This document shows, piece by piece, positions 23,234 through 36,538 of a DNA stretch of 49,949 nucleotides. The notes below the pieces were generated by a model. It saw only the letters and a list, made by a program, of their open reading frames with translations, was not told the origin of the DNA and did no database searches. The stretch is from Chromera velia (taxonomy: Eukaryota): contig JAHBMJ010000350.1 of assembly GCA_018398765.1 (NCBI GenBank), positions 1-49,949 on the forward strand. The letters are read 5' to 3'. The position numbers and the translations under genes are program-made. The stretch's first letter is position 1, and each line of letters begins with the position of its first letter.

Positions 23234-26200
23234 ATGGTAATAGAAGAAGAGAACAACCAGCTTCAAAGAAGCACCTCGGGGCAGAGGACGAAGGAAGTGA
23301 TGAAAGCCCTTCATCTTTCTCAGGCCTGCTCGGTTTCCCCTCGCCAGAGACTCCAATCGTTGGCAATTGTGGACGATGACCACAGAGTGCAGGTGGCGAG
23401 ATCCTTCGTCAATTTGATCCCCAAGAAGCAGCTCCAGGAAGCACCCACCGCCCCTGTTCGACGCAGCCGTTCCCTCCCATCCATCCCCGTGTCGGTGGTC
23501 TTTGACGCATACGGCCACCACGTTCCATGTGACGTGAGTGCTGACAGAGCAAAAGAAGGAGGAGGAGGAAACGGAGAAGGGGACTCTGAGGACTCCGTCG
23601 TGTTGGTGTGCGGGTCTTTTCTGTCTTTTGTTCAAAACGTCGGGAGTGTGGAGCACCTAGCGAGTGGGAGGTGCAAGCTGAAGAGATGCTTCTGGGCTTT
23701 CAACAAAGTTGGATGTCGAAAAGGTACGTGGGTCGGGGGGAAAGGGGCGTGCATGCTCCCCTTCTCTCGATCTCCTTTGGAAGAGTTTGAGGGGAAAGAA
23801 AGATTTCAGGACGAATAAAGAGAAGAAGCCAGCCTGGAAAGACAATAAGCCGAGTAGGAGGGAAAGGGAGAGGAAGAGGTGCGGATGAACAGAAGAGCAA
23901 ACAAGGACGGAGCTGTCTAGACACTCACGCCTGCATGAAGTAGTTGAAGTCGGCCTGACTGAAGGAGGGGAAAGGAAGGAATGCAGGCAGGCAGATCGCT
24001 TTAATTCATGTTTTCTGTCTTCTACCTTTCGCTCGCTCAGCCGAAGGTTCTCTCTCTCTCGAAATGAATGCTGATTGATGCTGCACCCCATGCAGATCTC
24101 TCTCCTTCCTTCTGGGTGCATCAGACCTGACTGGTTTCGCTCAATCTCCACTGCTTCCTGTGCGCATACCTTCGTGTGTTTTGTCTGCAGGTTGGCTCTG
24201 CATGAACTGCCACTACTGTCCTCCTGGTGAGCCCTTCTTATCTTCGTCCACTCCTTTCACTGCACATTTATTTTGCCTTTCACAAGTATAGCTTTCATTC
24301 ATGCGCTATCCCCCTGTTCTCTTCTCTTCTGTGATTCTCTTGCTGTTCTCCTCGAACGAATTCAGCTGAGTGGAAAAAAGCAAAAGCATGGCACTGGTTC
24401 TCCTGTGCGATAAATGCCTCCATGCTGCAGTGCAGCCCTTCATTCCCCCCCCGGCCCCCCCCCTTTTTGCAGCGCCAATAACTCCCGAGAAGCGGACAGC
24501 TCGGAACAAGGCCCGAAAGCTTGCGCGAAAGATTAGACAAGCGTCAATTGCCACTCAGGGGGAGGTGGGAGATGGGCCATGCGCTGCTTCAGCCCCTGCA
24601 AGGGCGACCAAATTGATAGCAGCAGCACCAGGGGTGATGGGGGGGGGAGACGAAGAGGAGGACGAAGGGGAGCGCCGCCGGATGATGTCGGCCCCCGCGG
24701 TTTCCGCCCCCCTGTCTCTCTACCGCCTCGCTTCTCCCGATTCCGTAGCCTCAAGCCCCGTTCGCCCGCTCAATTTTCGTCTCTCGCGTCTTCTGTTCTC
24801 TCTCGGGGAGGAGGAGGAACCTCGGGAAGACGAAGAGGAGGAAGTGGAAGTGGAGGAAGAACAGAAGGAAAGGAAGGGGAGGGGAGACGGCGAGGAAAGG
24901 GCGCGTGCAGATGATGAAGAAGTGGAGGCAGCAGCAGCAGCAGCCCCAGCAGCCGGTGGTCTCCCGATGTCCCCCTTTTTGGAGTCATGCTCTCCTCACA
25001 CAAACGCTCTCCTTCAAATTCACTCGGACTCGGGTGGTGGCGCCGTTCCTTCTTGTTCTTCTTCTTTTTCGCGTCACCCCCCCCCGTCTCTGAATCAAGT
25101 GGGGGGCACTGCGGTCGAATGCATGGAGGGGGACTCCGCCCTCATTTCAGCTGCACGTCTCGCCTCCTCGAGTGCAAAAGCTGCTGCAGAACCAGAAAGA
25201 GAAGGAAACCCCCCCAGGGGGGAGATGGGGGGGGGCAGGACTTTCTCAGCAGGCAGCAGGGTAGACATTAATATCCACAGAGAGAGGGACACAGAAAGAG
25301 TCAGAGAGGGGAGGAGGGAAAAAGAGACAGAGAGGCTGGAGAGAGGGGAGAAATTTGGCTCTCTTACTTCTTCTTCTGCTTCTGCTTCTTCTGCCAGAGA
25401 CCCCGCTTCAGGCTCTCATGCTCATACCCCCCCACAGAGCACAAACGCCAGCTCAAGCAAGAAGCACGCCCACGCCCATAGTCTTCAAGGAGTAGCAGGA
25501 ACCTCCAAACCTCTCCACAGAGACCGTCTCCGAGAGACACGCGGAATTTTGATGCGACAGGCAGAGGCGGGCCAGGAGGGGGTCAGGTTCCATCCTCTCC
25601 TGTGTGAGGGTGAGCAGGTGGATAAAGATTCAGGTCTGGACAGAGCAAGAGGGGGAGCTGTGTCGACAGAGACGGTAGAGAAAAGCCAGGCTGGTGTTCC
25701 ACAGTTTCATCATTCCTTTTCTCCTCCTCCTCCCGCACAGAATCCCCTGCAGCACTGCCGTGCAGGAGCGGCTGCTCACCAGGGGAGTGGTGAGACGGCT
25801 CTCTGCCGAGTCTTTCAAGGCAACGGAAAGCAGCTGGGCGGTGTTATGCAGCAGAGCAGAGAGAAAGAGAAAGAAAGAGACACTCCAGTTCCGCCACCCC
25901 CCCCGCCCCTTCCCCCCACTCCGGAGGCTCAGCAGCAGCAAGAGGCCCTCTCACGGGCCGTGTCTGCCGCATCGTCGGCCGCAGCGGCAGCGATGGCGCT
26001 GAAGCCTGGTGGTGGATGGGGATGGTTACGGGTCGGTAGCTTGAATTGTTTGGAAGGAAAGAAGGGAAGGCAGGCCCTAAATTTCTGTTTGCATCGCAAC
26101 AAAAGTACGGAACACGTCCTGGCGTTCCCTTATCTTATTGTCACCTTTCTTTCTCTCTTTTCTGGTCTTGCTTTCTGTCCGTCTTCCATCTGAATGTAGA

Positions 26201-26660
26201 CTGACGCACGCAAGGACGGACGCCTTCGTGCCGGACCGGGCCTCCCTCGGAGAGTGCACGGAGAAACGAACGAAAGGGACGTCCCTGCCTGCAGACAAAA
26301 ATGAATGAATTATGGCGGCCCTTTTCTTTGCTTCCTTCGTCCCTCCCTCCCTTCCTTTGATTCTCTTCTCTCCTGACACACTTTCTGGTTGCATGGCTGC
26401 ACGACTGACTGACTGTCTCTGCAGGGGGGGCAGATGCTGAGTCAGCCAGGGGGTCGGCACCACTCTCTGGCGTCTGCAACGACTGACGCTGGGACTGAGA
26501 CCATCTCGAACATGGGCAGCATTCCGCCTGGGGCCCCTTTCCCTTTCTACCCGGGCACCCTGTCTCACCCGCATTTCGGGGGGAGTGGTTTACCTTCTTC
26601 AGGTCAGTCCGTCCGTCAGTTAGCTGCACGGGTGGTAGGGTGTTTCGATCGATCGAATAA

Positions 26661-26700
<40 letters not shown>

Positions 26701-29149
26701 TGATGGTGCAAGCAGTTGGAATGAAGGTTTGTTTGTTTGTTCGTTCCGTCGTCGTCTGTTCAACGCCCAAATTGGCTCGACTTTGCTCTTCCGTGAAATT
26801 TTCCCACTGTCATTCATTGCGTCATGGAATGGGTGAGTTAGTAAGAGCGGGGTTGGGTGGGCACGTGGTGGGTGGAAGGTGTGAAGGGAAGAAAGAAGCT
26901 GCCCTCTCTTCTCACTGGACTTTCGAATGAATCCGTTCATGTGCCGTATCCATTCGTCGGACACCGCGAAAAGATCGATCATGGATGAGAAGAGAAGAGA
27001 AGACGGACTTTTAAAATGAGTAAGATAAATGATGGAAGAGGCGGGGCAGAGAGGGGTGCGAAAGAAGTTTCGGCGTTCTCTGTGCCAATCAGAAAAGAGA
27101 AGAAAGGTGAAGAGTTGGTCGCTCTACGCAAGGCAGAAAGGAAAATGAAAGACATACAAGAATCAGACAGTCTGCCTGCCCTCGTGCCCTCTTCTGCTGA
27201 TTGCTTCCAGATTTTCTAAGTCACCTTGCCTGTCTGTCTGCCTCTATGCAGGAGCGGGGACTCCCCTCCGACACGCCTCCGCTTGTCCTTCTCTGTCGAC
27301 CCCCACGGCTCCGAGCCAGGCGGCCTCCTCCAACAACAACCAGATGTTTCCCCCGTTCTCCCACATGAGTAGGGAGAGGGACAGGAGCGCCGCGACCACC
27401 TCCTCTGCTCGTTCGGGAGGGCACCTACATCTGTATGGGGGCCAGCAGCAGCATCAGTTTGTTGGCCCTCATTCTGCTCATCACCTCGGCTTTCTCTCCG
27501 ACTCGCCGCACTCCGCTTCCTCCTTTCTCCCCCCAAGTACAACCGGAACTCCCTGGTCGACCTCAGCCTCAGGTGCAGCTGCGGCATCATCCAGCGTCCA
27601 GTCGAAGCTCTTCACTCCGCAGTCAGTCAGCGGCCGGCTGCACACGGTCTCGGCGGTGCGGGGCGAAGAGCATTATTATCGGTTGAGACGGTTTGAGGAC
27701 AGTCGAATGAGAGGCAGCAGGGAGAGAGGAAGCGAGCAGATGCGCCCCCGATTAGGGCTCCGGCCTTCCGTTTGGGGGGAAGAGAAAGACTTTCAAGGAA
27801 TGGTAGGAGGGAGCGACTTTCCCCTCAGATCGCGCTCCGCTCTGGGGGGTTGTGCAGGCGGGGGAGGGGCGGGGGGAATCGGTGGGAGAACTCCGGAGCC
27901 GCCGCCACCGCCACCTTGCAGTTCGGGACATCCGTCCCCTCCTCCGCCGCCGCTCTTTGTCGGGGGGGGGCAGGGGGGTGCGTTGATAGGCGGCGGTGGG
28001 GAGGGGGGAATGATGAGTCAACAACAACTGAATCCCGTAGCGTCAGTCGCTCGCTTGCTCGGCCTCTCCTCTCCTCTCTTCTCGTCTCTTCTTCTTTTCT
28101 CGTCTCGTCTCCATTTTCCTTCCTTCCATCCTTGTCGCTGGCCGTTCTCTCTCTTTCTTTCTTTCTTTCTTTCTCTCTTTTTCCTTCCTTCCTTCCTTCC
28201 TTCGCGGCTTTCCGAATTCCCCTCCTTTTCTTCATCTGTTATTTTCCTTCTTAATACGTGCTTGTGGGTGTTGTGCGTGTTTGTGTGTGGGGGGCTTCCT
28301 TCGTGCAGGGAAGAAGAGGACAGACCCGTGACGATCGGTGTCGCCAACTTTTCGTCTTCCCCCTCCTCAAGGCTCAAGGCCCCCCTACCTCCCTGCAGCA
28401 CTCCCGGGGAAGGACGTGGAGGTGGAGGGGAGGATCTCACAGGAGTGAGAGGGGCAGAACTTGAAGCTGCCACCTCTTCGTCTTCTGCTTCTGCGACTGC
28501 AGGCAAAGTTGGGGGTGCAGGTACAGAGGGGGTCACTGAGAGAGAGAGGGGGGGAGTGAGGTCCTCCGGTCCACCACCTGCGGGTGAGAGGTCAGAGATG
28601 CGATCTTTCCGTGGCGCTGGCAGGCAAGAGAGGGATAGGAGGGGGGTGGGGGGTGAAGCTCCAGATCAATCCCATGTCGCTGTCTGTGTGTGGGGGGGCG
28701 AGGGGATGGACGTGGGGGGAAGGATTCAGCATCCGTCTGGTGGGAATGTGCCTAGACCGTTCCCTCTCCCCCCCGTGTCTTCCCCGCCCCTCTCTCACAC
28801 ACACAGTCCCTACTCCCCTCCCCCGCCCCCACGGGTTCCCTACGGTAAGGCTCCTCAGTTTGTGCACGCACCCCCGACATCGTATCATGATGGTCCGGCA
28901 CCTGTTTCTGGATGTGACTGCAGGGGTGATCGCGTCCGTCCAGCAGCGGGCGAGGGGTGGGACTGCAGGGGCGATCAAGTAGTCCCTTCCCGAGCCGCAG
29001 ACCAGAGTAAGAGGAAGGAAGGAGAAAAAGAGCTCCGTCTCCTTCTTTTCCAAGAGCAGCAGGAGGAGGAGGACATGCACGTGCAGCCTGCAGCTCCGCA
29101 CGCGGGGGGTGTTCTCTTATTCCCTGAAGAGGAGTTGAAAACTGAATGA
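23234..29149 (+). CDS. CCCH-type zinc-finger protein with a long low-complexity C-terminus; putative RNA-binding protein
   Basis: Exons 23234-23723, 24191-24226, 24473-26031 (alternative acceptor 24431), 26425-26602, 27252-28041, 28309-29149, all phase-consistent. The spliced finger GSVEHLASGRCKLKRCFWAFNKVGCRK|GWLCMNCHYCPP has C-x8-C-x5-C-x3-H spacing and is followed by a basic helix (EKRTARNKARKLARKIR). Confidence 0.78.
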
Positions 29150-30723
29150 ATGGAGAGTGAGTGGACGAATACAATGACAGATTGATCGATCGATCGATCG
29201 ATCAATTGATCTTTTTTTTGGTTTGGACATGAAGGGAAGATGAAGTGAAGAGAACCAACGAATGAATGAATGAATGACTTTAGGAAAACGAAGGATATTG
29301 AGGGAGACTTTCAGCACTGACTTGCCTGTTTAATTCTTCATCTCAATGGTTTGCCCGGAAAGGGCTCGGCGTCGGTCTGTCTGTCGGGCTTCATAAAAGT
29401 TTTACTTAAGAAAGCAAAAGCCAGAGAGAAGACGGAAGATGCATCAAGTGGCCTGAAGGGGATGTCGTTTTAAGTGTCCCTTCTCACAAAGAAACAGAAA
29501 CAGCAAAGCACGCAGACAACTGACTGACGTGAGTGGCTGCCTGTTTGGACGACCAATCGACAACGAAGCCGATAGACTGTTGCAAGAAAGAAAATGATGT
29601 GAGAGACGGAGCAATGCATGGAGAGGCGGCCTGGCCATGCAAAGCTTTCAATTGACTGCTTGTGAGCAAGCGGAGGAGAGGCAGGCAGGCAGGCAGGTCA
29701 CTGGCGGCATTCTTGTGCTTTCTTTCTTTCTCTTCTGTCAGGGAAGGCCGCCCAGGGAAGAAAAAAAAAAGGAGGAAGGACGGCAAGAGAGACCTTTATT
29801 TCCGTGTGCAAGGCAAGGAAAGGCCGCACGAAAGAGAGATTCGAGGACAGACAGAAAGAGAGCCTGCCTGTCCTCCTGTGAGAAGCAGCGAAAAGATCTG
29901 CCCTCGTAACAGGGAGAGGAGCGGAAGGGGCAGGAGAGGAGAGGAGAGAATGGATTCGTTGTTATCGGACCGCGAGACTCAATTGGGGCGAAGAAAGGAC
30001 TCAAAAAACAAGGAACGTCTCTCTTTTTCTTTGAGCGTCTTTTAACCTGCTCGCTCTGCCTCTGCTCGCCTCTCCCCCCAGGTTCTCTTTTGGGGATGCA
30101 CTGGGTGTCCCCCCCTCCCTCCCTCCTGTCGAGTCGCATGCAGTGCGCTGACTTGAAAGAACAGGCGGCAGGAGCAGAACCGACGAGACCGAATTAACCC
30201 CCCATGATGCATCTCCTTCTCCTCTTCTCCTCTCCTCTCCTCTTCTACCGCATAGACCCCCGGCTGGCTGGCGGACTGGCGGGTCGATTGAAGGAAGAAT
30301 CGGGAACGAAGGAAGGGCGGAAAAATGGAGGGAGGGAGGGAGGGAGGAGGGAAAGGACTCTGTTGCAGATCTAACTTGAATCAGTTGACTGTTCCTGAAG
30401 AAATCTCTCTGCCTCTCTCTCTCTCCCTTTTCTCAATCCAGTTGGGGTAAAGATGCACGACCTCCATTTGCTTCTTTTTCTGGTCTAGATGCTTGCTTGC
30501 TTGTCTGCGTGTTGCCTGCCTGCACCTCCCTCTTCCTCACCTCTCCTGCCTACCCACCAACCTGTCTATTTGTGTGCAGACTGTTTTGTGTCGATCAGAG
30601 AGAGAGAGAGAGAGAGAGAGTCTCCATGCGTCCACAAAAGCCGAATGGTAGGGCGAAGAAGGCGGGGAAAAAGAAAGGAAGGAAGAACCACTGAGGGGTT
30701 GAGTGGTCTTTCTGTCCTCCCTT

Positions 30724-30947
30724 CTCTCCCTCTTCTATCTATCTCCTCTCTCTTCTCTTCTCAGAGCCTCTGGCTGTCTCCTTCCCCGTTGGATCGATCA
30801 ATGGACCTGACCTGACGCGTCTGCGTGCGTGCGTTAATTCTGGCTGGGGAGTGCGGAATGAACGTTTCGACAGAGACGCGTCTGTCTGTCTGACTGACTG
30901 ACTGACTGACTGATCAAACGGAAGTGGAGGAGGGGCTCTGTCTGTGT
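30724..30947. repeat. Copy 1 of a ~220-bp dispersed direct repeat
   Basis: Near-identical to 31978-32194 (…CCCCGTTGGATCGATCAA(T/C)GGACCTGACCTGACGCGTCTGCGTGCGTGCGTTAATTCTGGCTGGGGAGTGCGGAATGAACGTTTC…). Confidence 0.9.
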
Positions 30948-31198
30948 GCCTGTGTGTGTGCCTGAGTGTCTTTTCTATTGTCGTCGGTCCTCTCTTGTAA
31001 GTAAGTGGCTTGCTTATTCATGTTTTCGACTGGTGGTGCCTGTCCCACTTTGTCTATTTGTCTGGATTCCTCCCGTATTGTTTTTAAGCCTTTGCATTCT
31101 TCTGTCTCTCTCCTTTCCTCTCTTGCTCCTGCATGACTGTGAACTCTCTCTGCATGCTCATTGCTGTTCTCGATTTTGCGTTCGATTGCTTCAGTTTC

Positions 31199-31230
<32 letters not shown>

Positions 31231-31646
31231 GCCGTCTCAGTCTTCAGTGCTCCTGCTCAACAAGTCTTTCTCACTTGTTCTCACGTGAGAACGAGACCGA
31301 GAAAGGCAGGGAGGGAAGGAATAGAAACGAAGAATTGACGAAAGAAGGATGTGGGGGTGCGGATGGGACGAGGAGGGGAAAGCGGATATCCCCCTCTTTT
31401 TCTTTTTCTTTTCTTTTTGCTCTGCTATTCTCTGTCTGTCGGTGTTTTAAATTTTGGTTTTGCTCGTCTCTCTGTCTGTAGTTCGATCGTAAATGCTTTT
31501 GGTTTATTGATCGGTTGACTTGACTTTGCCATTGCCTCACTCGCCAGTCCTGTGCGTCCGTGTTATTCATTCTGTGCCTGCCTGGTCGTTCGTGCGTGGA
31601 GAGCAACGCCCATTTCTCTCCGTCTCCCTTTTGCCTGAGTGTGGGA

Positions 31647-31678
<32 letters not shown>

Positions 31679-31977
31679 ATGCGTGCACGAAGCTGGTACA
31701 AGAGACTGGTGCCACAAGGCGTGGCCATAAGTGCAATGAGGCGGAAGTGCATGCAACAGCCTCCGTAGTCCTTTGCTTGTTTGATTGCATGATGGATGCC
31801 TCTTCTTTTCTCTTTTCTGTCTTCCGTTTGTTTTCCTTCTTTTTCTGAGCTTTGATGATGACGTTCTGTGCCTCCCTTTTTGAACGGAGTCCGTCCGTCT
31901 GCCAGCCTGCACGAGTCGATCAAAAAAACAAAGAAAGAAGTGCATCGATTCGGCATTTCGTTTCGTTCTGCATGTTC

Positions 31978-32194
31978 TCTCTCCCTCTTCTATCTATCTC
32001 CTCTCTCTTCTCTTCTCAGAGCCCCTGGCTATCTCCTTCCCCGTTGGATCGATCAACGGACCTGACCTGACGCGTCTGCGTGCGTGCGTTAATTCTGGCT
32101 GGGGAGTGCGGAATGAACGTTTCAACAGAGACGCGTCTGTCTATCTGTCCGACTGACTGACCAAACGGAAGTGGAGGAGGGGTTCTGTCTGTGT
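31978..32194. repeat. Copy 2 of the ~220-bp dispersed direct repeat
   Basis: Matches 30724-30947 with a few substitutions and a shorter (CTGA)n tract. Confidence 0.9.
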
Positions 32195-32866
32195 TCCTGT
32201 TTCTCTCCTGTTCTCTTTCCCTCTCTTCTACTCTTTGTTGCCCTCTCTTGCTCGCATTCTAAGCCTGCAAGAAGGAAGGTGACTCTCCGTGCACTCTCTC
32301 TATGCGTCTGCTTTCCACTCTTCCTCCCCTCCTGCTGGCGCCTTGAGACTCTACTCACTCGTATCCGTCCTCGGGTCTGCCTTCGATTTCTTCTCCATTC
32401 TCTCTCCGCCGCGCTGGTTCTCGCTCAAGAGATTTGTCTCTCTCTCACGCTCATGCGGGAAGGGAGAGTAAGTAGTTTAAGAGAAAAGAAGAGAGGGAAA
32501 GAGAGAGAGAGAGACGTATGAAAGAAGAGCTTCGGGGTGAGGAGAGGACGGACGGAGGGGATTCTCTTGTCTCGTCTCTTTTTGTCTGTTGCTTTTTGGT
32601 CGTGTGCAACTCCTCTCTTGGTTCTCTGTCTGTCTGCATTTAAAGTGAATCGATTGGTCGTTTCTTTTCGTTTGAAGCATCCTTCCTCGATCCCTGCATG
32701 GCTGGCTGGATGATGCGTTTGATCGGTCGGTCGGTCGGTCGGTCTCGCGTTGACCTTTTCATTTCGTTGCCCGCAATTCCTGTTCGTCCGTTGGTCAGCT
32801 TGTGTTTTTCTTTGACATCGCTTCTCTCTCTCTCTCTTTGTGTGTGTGTGTGTGTATGTGTGTGTG

Positions 32867-32912
<46 letters not shown>

Positions 32913-33849
32913 AGAGAGAGAGTCTCTCTTGAGTGTGTGCATATGTGATAAAGGTGATGGAGTTTGAGTGTGACTGTAATTGTTTTTTGAATCTGGTACA
33001 CGAGACATACGTGTCGCTAAGTACAGACATGCAGTGGGACGGCAACGGATAGATCCTTCCCTCCCTCGGTCCCTCCTATAGTTCCCTTCTCCTTTGTTTG
33101 TTCGTTTGTTCCTTTGTTTGCTTGTCCTCCAACGAACGATCGTTTGTTCGTTCTTTAGCTCCTCCTCCAATGAACAAGCGTTCGTTTGTTTGCTCGTCCT
33201 TCAATGAGCAAACGAAGAAGCGATTTTCTTCGTCGATCCCTTTTCTTTCTGTCCCCCCCTCTCTTTCCCTCTCTTTTCGTCTCTCGCTGGCGACCCTGTA
33301 TGGTCATGCATGTAGCCCTGCCGGCAAGTCGTAGAAACAACAAACAGACGGAGTGGGTTAGAAAACAGGCAGACAGATCGAGTGAGGCAGGGAGGGAACG
33401 AGTGACGGAGTGAGTGAGAGAGCGAGACACGCACTCATGATGCAGTCCCTGCGTTCCGTGTGCGAGAGAGAGAGAGCGCGGGTCCTCCTTTCTCGTCTCC
33501 TTCATTTTCTTTCTGTTCTTTCTTTCTTTCTTTCTTTATTACATTCTTTTCTGCTTTCTGTCCCTCAGAGGGAGGGAGGAGTGGGAGGGAAAAACTTGGG
33601 TACATCTCTTTTCAGTGAGGAGCTGCACGAAAGCTTTCATTCCCTCCCCTTCTCTTTCCTTCCCTTCTTCGATCGATCCACGTCTCTATTCGTCTCACCC
33701 TGCATGTGCCTCCCTTCCTTCCTGACTGCTGCCTTCTTTCCTTCCAAAAACTTGAGGGAAGGAGGAAGGGGGAGAAGCAAGCGCTCGTTTCGCCCCTCTT
33801 CCTCCCGTCCAGTTTTTTCCGAAAGACTTTCTTTCTTTCGTTCTTTGTT

Positions 33850-33884
<35 letters not shown>

Positions 33885-34969
33885 TTCGATCGATTTCTGA
33901 CCGACGGATCGATGGATCGAGGTGGCTGCACACATGGCCAGCCAGCCAGCCAGGTCAGGTCAGGTCGGTGCATCATGTGGGGAAACAAAGTTTCTTTAAT
34001 TGCTTCTGAAGGGGCTGAGTGCGTGCGTCCGGTAGGGGTGGCTTTCTTGCTGCCCTGCTCAATGCTGTGCTGGCTTTATTTCTTCATGAATGGCCCCACC
34101 CACCCACTTTGCTTTGCCTGACCCTATTTTTTCAAAAGAAAGACCCCCCCCTGTATTTGTGTCTCGTTTCAGCTAGACATGGATGGACTCACTCTTTGCT
34201 TCGTTCCGTTCATTCACACTCGATCAATCAATCGATCACTCCATGCACTCACCTGCTGCCTGACGTACACCCATGCACCGACCTATTCACCGGTTGAGCA
34301 ACAAAGAAAGCACCCCCCATGCACCCATCCTCTCCCGCCTTTCTTTGTTTCCCCCCCTCTGTTGGATTCCCTTTCCATCTATCTCCTTCCTTCCTGGCTG
34401 TCTCCCTCCCGCATGTCAGAACCGACTCAGTTTTGAAGAGGGAAGGAGGGAGGGAGTGAGAGGCTTTGCCGGGAAAGAAAAAAAGAATGGATGGATGGGT
34501 AGATGGATATGGGTGCGTGCGTCAATCTGACGCGACTCCTTCTCTTTTTTTCTCTCTCCCTCCCATCTGCTTCCTAAGTTCCGGGAGGATTGACTGTGAC
34601 TGAGGAGTGCTTTCTGTGTGCAATCATGATACCTCTTCTCCTTCTTCGTCTTCTTCTTCCAGACTCTCTCTCGAGGTCGAGGGAGGCAGGTGTGTGTATC
34701 TGTCTGTCTGTCTGTCCAATCTGACCGACCGGTGTTGGTCTGTCTGTTTTGGTCAGTGCTCTCTCTTTCCTTCCAGAGAAACCATCCATCCACCTTTCTT
34801 ATTACCTGTCCATGTAGATCGATCTCCCTCCCTCCGTATTTTTGCAATTGCTTCATTGTTTCACTTTGAGAATGCAAAAAAGAGTCAATCGATCAATCGT
34901 TCGGATGGCTTTTTTTCTTTCTGTGGCTTTTTTGTTTGTCCCTCCCTCCTTCCCTCGCGTCGTCTTGCT

Positions 34970-35006
<37 letters not shown>

Positions 35007-36184
35007 CTGCATGACTTCCTTCCAGTCGCGTCTGCATGGGGGGGCTGCGTGTTTGTATCGTTTTCCTTCGGCATGCTGTGAAACTGGGGAGAATCACAGA
35101 AAGTGAGAAAGACAGAAAAAAAGAAACAAACCTTCATTGAATGAATTGATTGATGGATGGATGGATGGATCGACCGGCGTGCCCTCAGCTTGGCCCAAAT
35201 TTCATTTATTCTTTGTCAGCTGACATTCATATGCAGATCCATTTTTGCCGTTTTCCAACCTTTCTCGCTCCCCCCCCACCCTTCAATCTGTCTCTCTCTC
35301 ACCGTCCCTCGCTGATTGCATGAAAATGCTAATGACGCACGCAACAACTGCGGGAGAGACTGCCCGTCCCTTCCCAACTCGTCGGGCTGCTGGTTGGAAT
35401 GAGTCTGAGGGCTGCCAGCTGCATGGGAAGAGAAGAGATGCAGGCGGGGNNNNNNNNNNNNNNNNGGGGGGGGGGGGGGGAGGGGAATTTAAAGGTTGAC
35501 TCACTGACTGAACGGAATGCATGGAAGGTTTCTTCCTTCCTTCCGTTCATGTTCATTCTTAATTGCACGTTTCAGCAACATAGCACGAAGATCTGACAGA
35601 GAGATCAGGCCTGGAGCATCAATCCCCTACAGGTGGTGGAAAGGAGACTGGCTGGCCGTTCGGAAAGACTTTCTGTCCTGGAGTGTCTTGAACTTTGAAC
35701 AAAGCAAATGGATTCAAAATTTGCACCTGAAGAGCCTCTGTCGGCCGGGATATATATGCGGGCCAACAATACGGGTCAAGTTCTTGGCACCCCTCGAAAA
35801 CTCAAAGTCCGACAGCTGGGCGATCGAAGAAAGGGAGATTCCCTCCTGAGCTAGAGAAGACACACGCGCGCAGCTACTGGCAAAACGGTCATGACAAAGT
35901 ACAGAAGAAAAACCAGGGGCGTGGGGGGTTGGCTTTTGATCGCAAAGTGATTCGGAAGTTCAATCGGAAGAAGCAGTGTGTTTTAATGCATGTAGACTAA
36001 AATTCTGCTCTGGCTCCCAATCACCGGCCAACAGGTTCCAGCAGCTAACAATTCCGGCAGCTGAGAAAAATTCTCCGACCGAATCTTCAGTGCGATTCGA
36101 TTGGACGGATTTGAGAAGTTGCAAAAACTACTAAAGTTGAATTAAGTTGAGTCAAAGATCTAGTGACGAACGTAATGATCGAGA

Positions 36185-36538
36185 TCATATTCTGCAATGT
36201 TCATAATATTTTATTTATTTATATATATACATATATATAACACGTCACAATGACTGCCCGCATATACTCATGTACATGTGATCTGGGACGCCGGCTCTAA
36301 GTGTTAGGCTCTCTATAGTACTAGGGCCCTAGGCTCTTAATTTGTCTAATAATTTGTATTGGTAACTTTATTATCGATGCTAAAATTGGGGACAAATGTC
36401 TAAAATATTATTGATATATATCTAAGTGACACTACCATTGAGCTTTACCCAATGCCCATATAACTTTAGTGATGGGGCAGTGACTTAAAGTTTATTCCTA
36501 GCGTCTGGCCTATACGTCTTTCGTCTCTTCCTTCTGTC
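36185..36538. repeat. Left copy of a ~355-bp direct repeat flanking the LINE
   Basis: TCATATTCTGCAATGTTC…TTTCGTCTCTTCCTTCTGTC aligns with 38228-38602. Confidence 0.93.

Noticed and set aside
35590..36180. Higher-complexity stretches (also 39540-39960) as possible gene or transposon fragments
   Set aside because: No recognisable motif or consistent exon structure in the frames examined.
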